Source: a virus. From it: 64,000 nt of DNA. The stretch spans positions 1-64,000 of the IMG/VR virus record IMGVR_UViG_3300043399_001092; one strand, given 5' to 3'. This document shows, in pieces, positions 48,134-58,416 of the stretch. Under the pieces are notes generated by a model that worked only from the letters and a program-made list of their open reading frames with translations, ran no database searches and was not told the DNA's origin. Position numbers and translations under genes: made by a program. How positions within the stretch are numbered: the first letter of the stretch is position 1; each line of letters opens with the position of its first letter.

Positions 48134-49266
48134 TACGCGATCTCAATTTTTTTGTTGAGGAGTTCTTCTTTGAGTTCTTTCCAAGCGTTGGAAGGTCCAT
48201 CGGGTTTTTTGGGATTAAAGGCTTCGTACTCACTGGTCAAGAACGAAATTACATCTTGCTCTTGTCCAAGTTTGTGCCATTGGGGAAGATCGGACTTCGA
48301 CGGCCACCAGATAAACCCTTTATCCGCACGGAACACACCGGTGTTCAAAGCTTGTTTGAGTGCATACATAGCTTCAAAACGAGGACGAGGAGCGGCGGTA
48401 GTAGCCATTTCAGCGATACTGTTGTAGCGACGTATGTTTTCAGACTGCTCTTTCTTGGTAGAATTGATGAACGCTCTTACTGCACCATAGACAGCTTCAT
48501 TGGAAACTTCTCCGGACACCAGAGACGCACCCGTGGTGCGATGGGTAAGAACAACCGCAATCTTGTACAAGTCGCGACCTTTGTTCTTCTTGGCAATACC
48601 GGTCAACGATGCAATAGCTTCATCCACCAACTGTTCTTTGCGGAACTTCTCTTCCAACTCTTCGTTCTCCAGAGCGATATACGCTTTCGACGTACCAGGA
48701 CGGATTTCGTCTTTCGACCGAGCTACCAGTTTACTGTTTTCACAAAGCTGAATGGCCAATGCTCCTCTCAGAGAATCATCCTTAAACACGTTCAGTTTTC
48801 CAGGATAGATAAACAGCTCAAAGCTTTCAATGATCGTCGGCTGACGGGTTTTGTAAGCGTTGATCGAATCACGGAGACTTTGGGTCAACAGGTCCGATTT
48901 GAGAGATCCGGGCACTTGGTCAAACTTTACTTCGAGCCACAGTTGCTTAGTAATGGTCTGTCGTTTGCTGATAGAAGCCAACTGTTCATCCGTCCAGTTG
49001 TTCTTACCGCTCAAGTAACTCTTTCCGTTCTCATTGTACCACGGGTTGCTGATTTCTTCTTCCAGACCAGTGATGTACTTACCCTTGTTGTGGTTAGGGG
49101 AAAACTGAAGGACAATAGCTTGTCCACGGGTATCCCGGATAATGTCAAGAGGGTGACGTACATCGTTTCCGAAAGAGTCCTTGTAGGTCATGGTAAAAGA
49201 ACCGCGACCTTGGGGATCAGAAGTCCGAGGAGCAATAGATACGTGAATGGTTTTCGTTGGATTCAT
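48133..49266 (-). CDS. conserved protein downstream of MCP (crAss gene75-like)
   Basis: Start reassigned to ATG 49266 (MNPTKT) after the MCP terminator; YITGLEE motif; synteny. Confidence 0.65.
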   Translation of the reverse strand: MNPTKTIHVSIAPRTSDPQGRGSFTMTYKDSFGNDVRHPLDIIRDTRGQAIVLQFSPNHNKGKYITGLEEEISNPWYNENGKSYLSGKNNWTDEQLASISKRQTITKQLWLEVKFDQVPGSLKSDLLTQSLRDSINAYKTRQPTIIESFELFIYPGKLNVFKDDSLRGALAIQLCENSKLVARSKDEIRPGTSKAYIALENEELEEKFRKEQLVDEAIASLTGIAKKNKGRDLYKIAVVLTHRTTGASLVSGEVSNEAVYGAVRAFINSTKKEQSENIRRYNSIAEMATTAAPRPRFEAMYALKQALNTGVFRADKGFIWWPSKSDLPQWHKLGQEQDVISFLTSEYEAFNPKKPDGPSNAWKELKEELLNKKIEIA

Positions 49267-49290
49267 TTTGGTTTGCGTTTTCTTGCGTTC

Positions 49291-49325
49291 AAAAATTGGA
49301 GGGGGCAGATTCACCACCCCCTCCG
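49291..49325 (-). terminator. intrinsic terminator after MCP
   Basis: GGAGGGGG..CCCCCTCC stem followed by AATTTTT on the minus strand. Confidence 0.8.
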
Positions 49326-49334
49326 AGGATTCAA

Positions 49335-50918
49335 TTAGTAGGAGGTATCGGGGACGTATTCAATACGACCAATACGCGAGGTATCCCACACACAAAGCGA
49401 ACCGGACATTTCACGAACAATTTTCGCTTTCTTGTTTTCAGCGTACACGTTGCCGCCGGACTTTTCAGCACCGGTTTCAAAGTCGTACACGTTGGACACC
49501 GTGTAGTAGCTCTCCACACCGTCCTGCATCACCATGGTGATGTTCTCATCGCGAGTGGAACCCGAAGCCTTCTGGTCCGTCTTACCGAAGTCGAAGATGT
49601 CCATGCAGAACGATTCGATGGGGTAGTTGGAACCGGGGGCCAGTTGAGGGAAGATGGCTTTGTTGTCCTTGATGGGATCGTACACCAGTTCAACCACGAT
49701 GCCGTTGGGAGCCAACCACTTCGTGAACTGACGACCGACTTCCATCGAGTTGCTGTGGAACTCCGACTTGGTCTTGTTGATCAACATGGTGTCAACCGTC
49801 AGCACCGAGCCGTATTCATTTTGCAACAGACGAGCCAAGAGAAGAGCACCGGCGGAACCCGTAGCGATACGGATGTGACGATCCGAGAACATCGTACGAC
49901 CGAAGAAGATCGTGTCGAGGTACTGGAAGATGCTATCGAGGGACAGCGAACCGTTGTGCATCATGTAGTGACCATCCTGGACAATCTGCCTCCAACCCGG
50001 AGCAACCTTCAGCGAGGTTCCCGTATCGGGGTCAATAGTGTTCTGGGTACGACCAAATTCCATCAGCATTTCACGGTCACGTTCCACCAGGTTCAGAAGA
50101 CGAGCTTCCGCTTGGGAAATAAACACACCCTGTTGGACTTTTTGAGCCGTCTTGGGATTGATGAAGTCCTGGTTGAAGACATAACCCACACCAACGCCGT
50201 CATAACCCGTGGGACCGGCAAACTTACCGGACTTCTTACGAGCAGCAATTTCAGCGCGGATGGTCTTATCGTCCACTTCAAGTTTACGAGCAACGTTACC
50301 CACCTGGGAGCGCAGTTTGAACATTTGCGCATATTGGTCACCACCGGCTTTGTAGTTCAGGTTGTCGCTGACAGCGGTAGCCACATCGAACATCACACGG
50401 CCGGGTTGCAGAACGTCCGGGGAAATGTAATCCAAGGGATCCGAGGTTTGCAGTTCTACTTCGTATTCCCACGACATGTTGCCGAGGGGACGCGAGTGAC
50501 CAATGATGCGGAGAAGGGGAGCATTGGCATCTTCCGTCTTCAGAAGGACGGGTTCGTGGTACCACGGTTTGTCCAGAGCAATTTTGAAACGGCTGTTGCC
50601 TTTACCCGGCTGAGTGTTTGTACCCAACAGGTCTTGAGTAATGGTCGCGGGAACATAAGCGTTACCCACCATTTCCCATTCGTACTCATCTTTGCCACCG
50701 TCGATCACATACACGTTGCCTTGGGCAATCGTCATGTACGTGAACTTTTTGTTCACAATTTCGGAGGCGGGGTCGGAGGAGAACAGTTGAGCGGTTTTGA
50801 CACCGAACTTAAAGGGTTCGTAGGTCTTGAACATATTTGCATATTGCACATAGTCCCAAGAACTTCCCCCGTACGGGCCGCGGTCAACAGTCACCAAAGC
50901 GGTCAATCTGTTAGTCAT
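49335..50918 (-). CDS. major capsid protein (crAss-like)
   Basis: 527 aa; EYEWEM, PGKGNSRFKIALDKPWY, APGWRQIV, TGSAG, GRQF..APNGIVV..DP..D motifs; follows portal and scaffold; strong codon bias. Confidence 0.9.
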   Translation of the reverse strand: MTNRLTALVTVDRGPYGGSSWDYVQYANMFKTYEPFKFGVKTAQLFSSDPASEIVNKKFTYMTIAQGNVYVIDGGKDEYEWEMVGNAYVPATITQDLLGTNTQPGKGNSRFKIALDKPWYHEPVLLKTEDANAPLLRIIGHSRPLGNMSWEYEVELQTSDPLDYISPDVLQPGRVMFDVATAVSDNLNYKAGGDQYAQMFKLRSQVGNVARKLEVDDKTIRAEIAARKKSGKFAGPTGYDGVGVGYVFNQDFINPKTAQKVQQGVFISQAEARLLNLVERDREMLMEFGRTQNTIDPDTGTSLKVAPGWRQIVQDGHYMMHNGSLSLDSIFQYLDTIFFGRTMFSDRHIRIATGSAGALLLARLLQNEYGSVLTVDTMLINKTKSEFHSNSMEVGRQFTKWLAPNGIVVELVYDPIKDNKAIFPQLAPGSNYPIESFCMDIFDFGKTDQKASGSTRDENITMVMQDGVESYYTVSNVYDFETGAEKSGGNVYAENKKAKIVREMSGSLCVWDTSRIGRIEYVPDTSY

Positions 50919-50933
50919 AGTAGATTAAAAGGT

Positions 50934-51929
50934 TTAAACTGGAATAAAATCTTTGAGCAAAGTTTCACCGACAGTACCAGGTCGCTTATCGGTGGTTTTG
51001 TTTCTGAATGAGCTTTTGACGATATTGTCCTTGAACTGTTGCACCTGTTTAGAAGCCGCTTGTTTAGAGTATGCTTCAATATCAAATGCCCCGTTTTTAT
51101 AGTACGATAAGAAGTCCGCAAATTGAGCAACCGCTTTAGGACTACTGCTAACCTTGGCCATGATGTCTTTTGTCTGTGCCAAAGTTTGTTTTACCGCAGT
51201 AATACGAGTGGGTGCCCAACCGCTTTCTTGAAACTCTTTTTCGAGGTGCTGCATAAAAATTGCTCTCTTCTGTTCCACCTCGTTATATTGTTTTTCCTGT
51301 TCTTCCAACAGTTCTCGTTGACGAAGTTGTTTGCGTTCTTCCAATTCACGTTTGGCTTCCGCCATCAGTTCATCGTCCAGTTCGAGTTCATCGAGTTGTG
51401 CTTTGATAGCCGCTTTGCGCATACCCTTTTCCAAGTAAATCTTTTCAAGGTAATCCCGCGCATCCTCTTCATCCCGAATGGTATCGCTCTTAGAATCTTC
51501 TTTGAACGCATCCACAAACTTTTGCAGTTTATCCACCGCAATCTCACCTTCGTTGTCATCCAGTTCGTTGTACACTAACTGCAACAACATCCGGTATTTC
51601 TCCGGGGCTTGGTCAATAAAAGCCGTAGCTACTTCTGCCGTACGGTTTTTCTCCCGTTCCTCCAGTGCCGTTTGAATAGACTCGAAAGTACCATCAAAGT
51701 TTTCATCGTCAATTACACCCAGACGCTTGAAAGTTTCAAAAGCAGCTTGAGCATCCGGCTCAAATTCAGCTTCCTCTTGTTGAACAGGTACATTTACCAG
51801 TTCATCTTCTTTCTCCTCCGCCGGTTGCGACGGTTCTTGTACAGGTTGTTCCTCTTTCGGTTCTACCAGCGAATTGTCCAGTGCCGAATCCTCTGGAACA
51901 AAGTCTTCCAAGTTGAAATTAATCTCCAT
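50934..51929 (-). CDS. acidic scaffold-like protein (crAss gene77-like)
   Basis: 331 aa, very acidic and helical, between portal and MCP. Confidence 0.7.
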   Translation of the reverse strand: MEINFNLEDFVPEDSALDNSLVEPKEEQPVQEPSQPAEEKEDELVNVPVQQEEAEFEPDAQAAFETFKRLGVIDDENFDGTFESIQTALEEREKNRTAEVATAFIDQAPEKYRMLLQLVYNELDDNEGEIAVDKLQKFVDAFKEDSKSDTIRDEEDARDYLEKIYLEKGMRKAAIKAQLDELELDDELMAEAKRELEERKQLRQRELLEEQEKQYNEVEQKRAIFMQHLEKEFQESGWAPTRITAVKQTLAQTKDIMAKVSSSPKAVAQFADFLSYYKNGAFDIEAYSKQAASKQVQQFKDNIVKSSFRNKTTDKRPGTVGETLLKDFIPV

Positions 51930-51957
51930 TTTCGTTGGTTTCGTTTAGTAATGAATG

Positions 51958-52036
51958 CAAAATTAAGCTATCTATTAACCGTGTTTTGCGCAAATACAGC
52001 TTGTTATATGGCTTTTTGTGTAGTTACGCAAAACAC
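51958..52036 (-). promoter_or_regulatory. promoter for scaffold/MCP genes overlapped by an inverted repeat
   Basis: Minus-strand TAATTTTG (-7 box, 51958-51965) with TTTG upstream; GTGTTTTGCG/CGCAAAACAC inverted repeat at 51981-52036. Confidence 0.55.
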
Positions 52037-52050
52037 AGCAATTTTGACTT

Positions 52051-54627
52051 TTACTTTTTCTTATCCTTGTTCAACATTTTGTGAATCTTCTCTCTTTCGA
52101 TTTCGAGTTTTTTATCCACCTGATCAAGTTTGCGTTTGTCGTTCTCCATTTGCTGGTAAATCTTCAACGCTTCTAGTTGATCGGGAACTCCGTCCTTGTC
52201 CATGTTCAAATCCTGTTGGAACTTGTACGTATCCAACACCTTGATTTCCATTTCCCGGTCTTTACGCAGTTGCTCCTGGATGATAATCTTATCGATTTCA
52301 TGCTTCTGTTGATCCTCCCTGGATTCAATCTGCATCTGAACCATTTTCTCTTGGGATTCCATTTGAGCCTTCTGCATTTCTTCTTGACGCTTCTGTTGCT
52401 TCTCTTCCAAAAGCAACAGCTTACGATGGATTACATCCGGGCTTTCTCCCTCGGTAATCATCTTGATCAACTCACTAACCATAGAAGCCCCTTGTCCGGC
52501 GTTTTGCGCAATGGAAAACACCGACTGCACCATCATCTGCCGGTACTCCTGTTCAGAAGAACCTGTCTTCACGTACAGACCAATACCTTCATGGTCAAGG
52601 TTTTCGGGAGTAACCTCAAAGAGTTCCACCGTTCCATCAGGAAGAACATACGACAGCCACTGGTCTTGGGACATATCCTCGTTCATCTTCTGCCGGTAGT
52701 AGTACCTAAAGTTGTTCAAGAACGAATTGAGAACATGGGTCCACACTTCTTCGTGTTGATCGTAGAAGTATTCGGTAATAGCATAAGAAGCGGCCAGGTT
52801 TCTCTCGTTGTCTGTTGCCGTCAACTGAGAATTGGCTTGTGCTTCACGCTGGGGAGAAATACCCATAGCCAACGAAATCTCGGTGTTTACATAGTCCAAC
52901 AACCGTTTGAGTGCAAACAGTTGATCGGCACTACCCAAGAAGTAACCATTGCTACCCGGTGAACGGGTGGACGGAGGAAGCGCACCAAAAGAGTTCTGAG
53001 AACCAGAGTAGAAGTTGTAACCTTCTTTCTTAAGATACGTAAGCCACACCGAGAACTTATCCCGGATCTGGTTTCCTTCCATGTCCTGACCAAGACCGTC
53101 GGGAATCTGATCAACGTCAATATCTTGAACAAATCCTTTGTACTTAGCCAATTCCTTGTTGATGACGTGGTTGATGTAGAAAGCCTGGAACTGGTAAGGA
53201 ATAGCTCTCTCAACAAGAGAAACGCTTTCGGAGTTACGGTCACTAAACACCCGGCCTTTGTAAGACAGTTCAAACTTTCCGTAAGGATCGTTTACATCCA
53301 CCGTTTGATTGGGAACCTCTCTACAGTTGACGTACACGTCACCCATCAAACGAGTAAGCTCATACTTCCAAGGAATCCACAGACGCTCCAAGACAAACGC
53401 CGTTTCTCCTTCCATCCATTCCCAAACCTCAATCTCTTCACCGTGCTTAATAGCCGTAGACTTGGTAGCATCTTTGGGAACCTTGAAGTCCTCCGACAAC
53501 ACCTCGGTAATAGTCTTACCGTACTCATCAATGTAGTTAAGGAAACAGACCTCTCGGAAAGCCTTAAACTCAATGTGGGTACACCAGATCAACGAACGAT
53601 ACCGGTCGCGGATGGTACCTGCTTGGGTCATGTGCGTACCTACAAACTTGGAAGCATTAGCTTCCCCTGGCCAATTTTCCCGGTACAACAGCTCATCCCA
53701 GTCGCTTCTAACGGGAACCGCGTTACCTCCACGAACATCAAACCGAGGGTCAGCAATAGTCGGTCCATTGGCATAAAGACCAAGACGCTGCATTTCCTCA
53801 TCCGTCAGTTTATCACCGTACTCCGTGATTACATCCACAGCGGTAATGGACCGGGTCGTGTAAACATAGTCACCCTTCTGGATCCACTTCTGGTTAGGGC
53901 TTTTGTGGAAACCGGTGAACAAAGGGTTGCAAACTTCAATAACCGGTTTATCGCCTCTCCAACCTACGTAGATGATACACCGGTCGGCAATAACGATGTC
54001 ATCCATCGTTTCCACTTTTTTGTCTTTGATCTCCATCGTCAACTCCGCCCACTTGAGTACCCGTTCATAGAAACGTTCCCACTCCGTACGGAAATTGGTG
54101 ATGCCAAAACCCTCCGGTAAGTTCTGAGCCAAGAACTCCTGTTTAGCTTGTTCCTGTTGCTCCGGCGGCATTTTAGCTATATCCATCATTTGTGCCATCT
54201 GTTGCAACACTTTCTCCTGTACGTGTTTCTTGTACTCCTCCGTTTTAGACTTGATGTCATCGCTGCTAATGGGAACCACATGATGTCGCGGACGACGTTT
54301 GATAGCTCCATCCCGGAAGATGTTGACCTTGTTGTGGATCATGTTGAAGGGAAGTATCTCCTCTTCAATAGCCACTGCATCCAGTTCACCAAGGGGATCA
54401 CAGAAGCGTTTGAACTCTTCCTTGAATCCGTTGATGTTGTTGTTCACCAGGTCATAGCACCGCTTCAGTTTTTCGTACTCACGAATGATAAACGTCAGCG
54501 TAGGTACGGTATATCGAACATACCGTTTAAACCACTCCGCGTTATTATCGTATTTCTCTTTTTCCGAAACCTTTAGGCTTAATGCTGTAACCGGACGGGT
54601 GTCCGTGTTGTTTGAAAATCCTACCAT
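52051..54627 (-). CDS. portal protein
   Basis: 858 aa after TerL; SLVERAIPYQF, AMGISPQRE motifs and C-terminal coiled coil with DLNMDKDGVPDQLE typical of crAss-like portals. Confidence 0.9.
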   Translation of the reverse strand: MVGFSNNTDTRPVTALSLKVSEKEKYDNNAEWFKRYVRYTVPTLTFIIREYEKLKRCYDLVNNNINGFKEEFKRFCDPLGELDAVAIEEEILPFNMIHNKVNIFRDGAIKRRPRHHVVPISSDDIKSKTEEYKKHVQEKVLQQMAQMMDIAKMPPEQQEQAKQEFLAQNLPEGFGITNFRTEWERFYERVLKWAELTMEIKDKKVETMDDIVIADRCIIYVGWRGDKPVIEVCNPLFTGFHKSPNQKWIQKGDYVYTTRSITAVDVITEYGDKLTDEEMQRLGLYANGPTIADPRFDVRGGNAVPVRSDWDELLYRENWPGEANASKFVGTHMTQAGTIRDRYRSLIWCTHIEFKAFREVCFLNYIDEYGKTITEVLSEDFKVPKDATKSTAIKHGEEIEVWEWMEGETAFVLERLWIPWKYELTRLMGDVYVNCREVPNQTVDVNDPYGKFELSYKGRVFSDRNSESVSLVERAIPYQFQAFYINHVINKELAKYKGFVQDIDVDQIPDGLGQDMEGNQIRDKFSVWLTYLKKEGYNFYSGSQNSFGALPPSTRSPGSNGYFLGSADQLFALKRLLDYVNTEISLAMGISPQREAQANSQLTATDNERNLAASYAITEYFYDQHEEVWTHVLNSFLNNFRYYYRQKMNEDMSQDQWLSYVLPDGTVELFEVTPENLDHEGIGLYVKTGSSEQEYRQMMVQSVFSIAQNAGQGASMVSELIKMITEGESPDVIHRKLLLLEEKQQKRQEEMQKAQMESQEKMVQMQIESREDQQKHEIDKIIIQEQLRKDREMEIKVLDTYKFQQDLNMDKDGVPDQLEALKIYQQMENDKRKLDQVDKKLEIEREKIHKMLNKDKKK

Positions 54628-56908
54628 TGTTGGATAAAAAAGTTAAAGGGTTTTTTTTGTTTGCATCTTTCTCTATGATTACCTCTTGCTCTTTAAGAGC
54701 CAACGGCAATCCCATTAGTGCTGACACCCCGTCGTAGTTTTCGTCGTCGTTGATGTCAAACATAGCTATCTGCCTTACCGTGTACAAACACGGAAGCCGC
54801 TCAATATTCCTCTTTTTTCCGTCCGGCAACTCTGTTTCATCCAGTAACCAGTCGTTCAAGTATTGCACCAAATTCAACTTGGCTGTTTTGTTGCCCACCA
54901 AATACCCATGCTCTGAAGTCTTGGCTTCGTAAATCCTGGATCCCTTAATAGTCATCGGCCTCACCGACAACACATATTGCTTGTTCTTCTTGATAAACCA
55001 GTGCCTTACGTTTTCACCACGGTTTGCTTCGTACCACAATCCACCCATAGGGTTTCCATAGTACTGCACCAGTTTCTCCAAGTTCTCGTTGTACTTATCC
55101 AAAGTCTCCGGCTTACCGATATACGTAGCCATCAGCATATTCCCAGGATGCCCCTCCGGTAAGTACTTGGGATTGGCAAATACATAGGTTGCTCCCAATG
55201 ATTCACCGCCCAAATTGGATACATAGGGGTCATGTACAATAAAGTACAGGTCTTTCTTCTTCGGGTCAAAGAACTCCGGTTCGTTATAGATAACTACACA
55301 ACCTTCACGTTTGTCCAGTTTATCGCTACCATCTACAAAGGGAGAGGTGATCGGTGTAAGCGTAAAGTCCGGGTTAGCTACAACACCACGGGGTGCATTG
55401 GGATCCCACACCAGTCTTACCGTTTTACCCAAGTCCCTCCAGACATTCCGCTTCAACAACTCTTTCTCCCGTGCCCTTGCTTCTTCCCTCGGCAAGAAAT
55501 TACCACCAGAGGTAATCCACATGTGACTAATTAGCAACGGTGAGTGCATACAAGCTGCCCTATATCCCACAGGGTTGTCCTTCAGCTTATCCAATTTATC
55601 CCAAGCGTTCTTCTTTGCAGCTTCCAAGTCAGTGTTGCCGTTCTTATCCTTGAACGCCATGTCAATCATATAAGCCGGTAAGAACAACCCCGTGCGTCCC
55701 ATTTGTCCCGTGTTCTCCAGTACATCCGGGTATGACACCAAGTCGTAGTCCATTGGATGTAAGAAAATCTGCTTGGCACCTTCTACCTTTTCAATATCAC
55801 CAGACGTACCAAGACCTACCAGTGTACCGGTTTTCCTTGCACCACGCTTAACCGTAAATTCGTTGGACGACCAAGCCACCGGTGCTTCTTCCAACAAACC
55901 AATTTCTTCGATGATGTTGTAGTTGTAACGACCAGAAGCAGCGGCTTCAGCATCGTCTTTGTAGTTTACGTGTTTGGCAAAAGACCCGGAACCAATATTT
56001 ACGTCAATACCGTTGGAACCTTTGACCAGCACCTGTTCCCTCCACGGGGATTTAGCGTTGTTCGGTTTTGTTTCCCCGGCCATGTTGCGGAAAAACGGAC
56101 ATGGTTCATAGTCATCCTCACCCACTTTGCCCCATACCCCTAACTCCGGGTTGATAGCAAACTGTCGCATTTGTTCTTCCATGTACTTAAAGAACTGCGA
56201 AGACTTACCGGTGTTTGATGCACCAATACAAATACCGGCTTCTTCTTGGTTCTGGTTGCGTTTCTTAGCCAAGTACTCATCATAGTTGGTTTCACCACAA
56301 AACAGTATCTCATGTAACGCAAAAGCAGACACCGTATAAGTCTTACCGGATGAACGCGCACCGAACAACATCGCGTTCTTAGGGGGATTCAAGTACAGCG
56401 GCCTACCGTAGTTCTTATCATGTAGCCTCTTACAGTACTCCAAAGGATCCTCCCAACGCTTTAGCTCACCGTTGAGCTTAATACATGAAGTATGCAACTT
56501 GTCTTTGGGAAACTCCCCTTTCCAGGCTTTCTGTAACTCAAGGCTGCAGTTGGTTTCATCGTCATCAGCAAACCCGGAAAACCCTTTTGCCACCAAAAAC
56601 ATGTACGCTATCTCCCAGTCAACGTCACGAAGCATAGGTTTAGCTTTGGTAGAAACTTTCTCCCCGTCATCCCGGACCATTATCCAGAAGTTGATGTAGA
56701 AAAACAGCTTTGGCGGCATAAACCTCCACAACCCAAAGTCGTTGTTCCAGAATCCCTCGATGCACCACCGGGAGTACTGCTGCCACAGATTGATGTACTT
56801 AGGTGACGATGGATGGATACGGGGAATCTCTGGTACTTTCCAGTTGTCCGCGTTCTCGATCCGCGTCCACATCCGCTTCTCAGCATCCAATACAGTCCAC
56901 TTTTCCAT
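54545..56908 (-). CDS. terL: terminase large subunit
   Basis: Walker A GARSSGKT, Walker B-like IIEEIG, LGTSG; RNase H-fold nuclease HDPY..YEANRG..NYDGVSALM. Confidence 0.93.
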   Translation of the reverse strand: MEKWTVLDAEKRMWTRIENADNWKVPEIPRIHPSSPKYINLWQQYSRWCIEGFWNNDFGLWRFMPPKLFFYINFWIMVRDDGEKVSTKAKPMLRDVDWEIAYMFLVAKGFSGFADDDETNCSLELQKAWKGEFPKDKLHTSCIKLNGELKRWEDPLEYCKRLHDKNYGRPLYLNPPKNAMLFGARSSGKTYTVSAFALHEILFCGETNYDEYLAKKRNQNQEEAGICIGASNTGKSSQFFKYMEEQMRQFAINPELGVWGKVGEDDYEPCPFFRNMAGETKPNNAKSPWREQVLVKGSNGIDVNIGSGSFAKHVNYKDDAEAAASGRYNYNIIEEIGLLEEAPVAWSSNEFTVKRGARKTGTLVGLGTSGDIEKVEGAKQIFLHPMDYDLVSYPDVLENTGQMGRTGLFLPAYMIDMAFKDKNGNTDLEAAKKNAWDKLDKLKDNPVGYRAACMHSPLLISHMWITSGGNFLPREEARAREKELLKRNVWRDLGKTVRLVWDPNAPRGVVANPDFTLTPITSPFVDGSDKLDKREGCVVIYNEPEFFDPKKKDLYFIVHDPYVSNLGGESLGATYVFANPKYLPEGHPGNMLMATYIGKPETLDKYNENLEKLVQYYGNPMGGLWYEANRGENVRHWFIKKNKQYVLSVRPMTIKGSRIYEAKTSEHGYLVGNKTAKLNLVQYLNDWLLDETELPDGKKRNIERLPCLYTVRQIAMFDINDDENYDGVSALMGLPLALKEQEVIIEKDANKKNPLTFLSNNGRIFKQHGHPSGYSIKPKGFGKREIR

Positions 56909-57444
56909 CAGATAATTGCTTTTTCAGATACCGTCATCTTCCTCTGACCTTTACCCACCAACCGGTTCTCCTCTTGCAACATTTCGTCCCTGGCAGATTT
57001 GTAAGCGTCCCAAAGTTTTTTGGTATTGCTCAACATTTTATCCAACGCATCACCGTTCTCAAGGTCGTAAGGTTGAGAAGCAAGAAACTTATCCCGTTCA
57101 ACCAGTTTATCCCTCCAACCCTTGAAGTTCCGCTCCGTGTCCGTCAAACATTTCTCTTCCCAAGCTTTCATACATTCGACAATCAGCTTGTTGTCCCAGT
57201 CAATAGGGTAAAAGTTTTCTTTGACTTGTTCCCTTCGATCGTCAACATTTAAGTTGTATAACGGATTCTTGGACGGATGCGGATCTTGACAAAGAAAGAT
57301 GCACCACATCTCTTTGGACGAGTTCACCGCACCCTTCGACTTGTCCTTCTTGAACAATTCGCAAAACGGCGACAATACCTTCATATGAGGGTTCAGCTCC
57401 CAGAAGTTGTTGTCAATGTCGAATATCTTGGATACGTTGATCAT
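56908..57444 (-). CDS. conserved protein upstream of TerL (terminase small subunit candidate)
   Basis: NFWELNP..DKSK..SSKEMW pattern; helical; TGATG-coupled to terL. Confidence 0.55.
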   Translation of the reverse strand: MINVSKIFDIDNNFWELNPHMKVLSPFCELFKKDKSKGAVNSSKEMWCIFLCQDPHPSKNPLYNLNVDDRREQVKENFYPIDWDNKLIVECMKAWEEKCLTDTERNFKGWRDKLVERDKFLASQPYDLENGDALDKMLSNTKKLWDAYKSARDEMLQEENRLVGKGQRKMTVSEKAII

Positions 57445-57911
57445 GGATTTACTACCAGTAGTTTACTCAAACCGGTCGGTCGGCAGTCCAAATGGTTCCA
57501 ACCTTTGGTGTACTCTACGTTCTCCACCGTGGTCAGACCTTTGGCCATCAACCGTTGTTCGTTAGCAAAAATGATTCGGTTGACCTCTTTGCTATCCAGT
57601 TGAGAACGGTCTTTGGAATTGCCGACAAATACCTGGATGTCCACAGCTCTACCAAATTTATGCTGAGAGAACTTGGCACCCATTGTTTCAGTAGGAAGCC
57701 GGAATCCAGACTTGGAACGATTACCTCCCACATGCCAGTTGTTTATTACAATAGACACCTGCTTAGGATAGATCTCTTCAAAAATATCCCGTAGCTCTTG
57801 CAAAAAAGCAATGGTTCGAGGGTCAATAAACCACACCGAACGTTCACCGTAAGCATCCCAAATAGCCTCCGGTACCAGTTCCCGGATGTCAAAGTTGTTA
57901 CTTACTTTCAT
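57441..57911 (-). CDS. peptidase M15-family endolysin
   Basis: SNNFDIRELV..SGFR..SQHKFGRAVD..WNHLDCR zinc-peptidase motifs. Confidence 0.85.
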   Translation of the reverse strand: MKVSNNFDIRELVPEAIWDAYGERSVWFIDPRTIAFLQELRDIFEEIYPKQVSIVINNWHVGGNRSKSGFRLPTETMGAKFSQHKFGRAVDIQVFVGNSKDRSQLDSKEVNRIIFANEQRLMAKGLTTVENVEYTKGWNHLDCRPTGLSKLLVVNP

Positions 57912-58179
57912 TGATGCGGATGTTTATCGTTACCGTTTTTTTACCCGTCTTGTCCGTAATACGAATAGTCCGGGTACTGTTCATATGCCCCTCATACAAA
58001 GGGTACTTCTTGGTAGCATCCTCAATACGAGGAGCTTTATAGGAAAACACTACGTTTCCGCTGTTGATGTTGATGATTTCCATACATCCACAACCCACTT
58101 CTGCCTTTAGAACATCTTGATCGTGTTCATAGACGTGGATTGTCTTGGTTTTTTCCGTAACCTGAATGTCCATTTCCAT
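57898..58179 (-). CDS. small CGC-motif Ig-like protein (DUF1573-like)
   Basis: KAEVGCGCM motif in a beta-rich 93-aa ORF. Confidence 0.5.
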   Translation of the reverse strand: MEMDIQVTEKTKTIHVYEHDQDVLKAEVGCGCMEIININSGNVVFSYKAPRIEDATKKYPLYEGHMNSTRTIRITDKTGKKTVTINIRINESK

Positions 58180-58185
58180 AGCACC

Positions 58186-58416
58186 TTAGTTGAAGCAACC
58201 GCTTTCGCACGGTTTGGATGAATAAAAAAGATGGGGCGTTTTGCATCCGCAGTTGATGCAGCTCTTTTGAGTCAGACAAAAGGGAGATTTCTTCTCTACC
58301 TTCAGTGCCTTTTCCATTGCTCTCTTTCTCCTTTTTGGGAAAAACGCTCTGAAAGTATAAAAGAAATGCCCTTCCAAGTACCATACTACCTTTTGAAGAC
58401 TGGAGTAACTAAACAT
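58186..58416 (-). CDS. small Cys-rich Zn-binding protein
   Basis: C-x5-CxxCGC...CxxxC pattern. Confidence 0.6.
   Translation of the reverse strand: MFSYSSLQKVVWYLEGHFFYTFRAFFPKRRKRAMEKALKVEKKSPFCLTQKSCINCGCKTPHLFYSSKPCESGCFN

Noticed and set aside
48256-51011. 360-aa and 584-aa plus-strand ORFs opposite the gene75-like and MCP genes
   Set aside because: Antisense shadows caused by codon bias in highly expressed genes.
49335-56908. Inteins or self-splicing introns in TerL, portal or MCP
   Set aside because: ORFs are uninterrupted and of ordinary length, with no intein or homing-endonuclease motifs seen.
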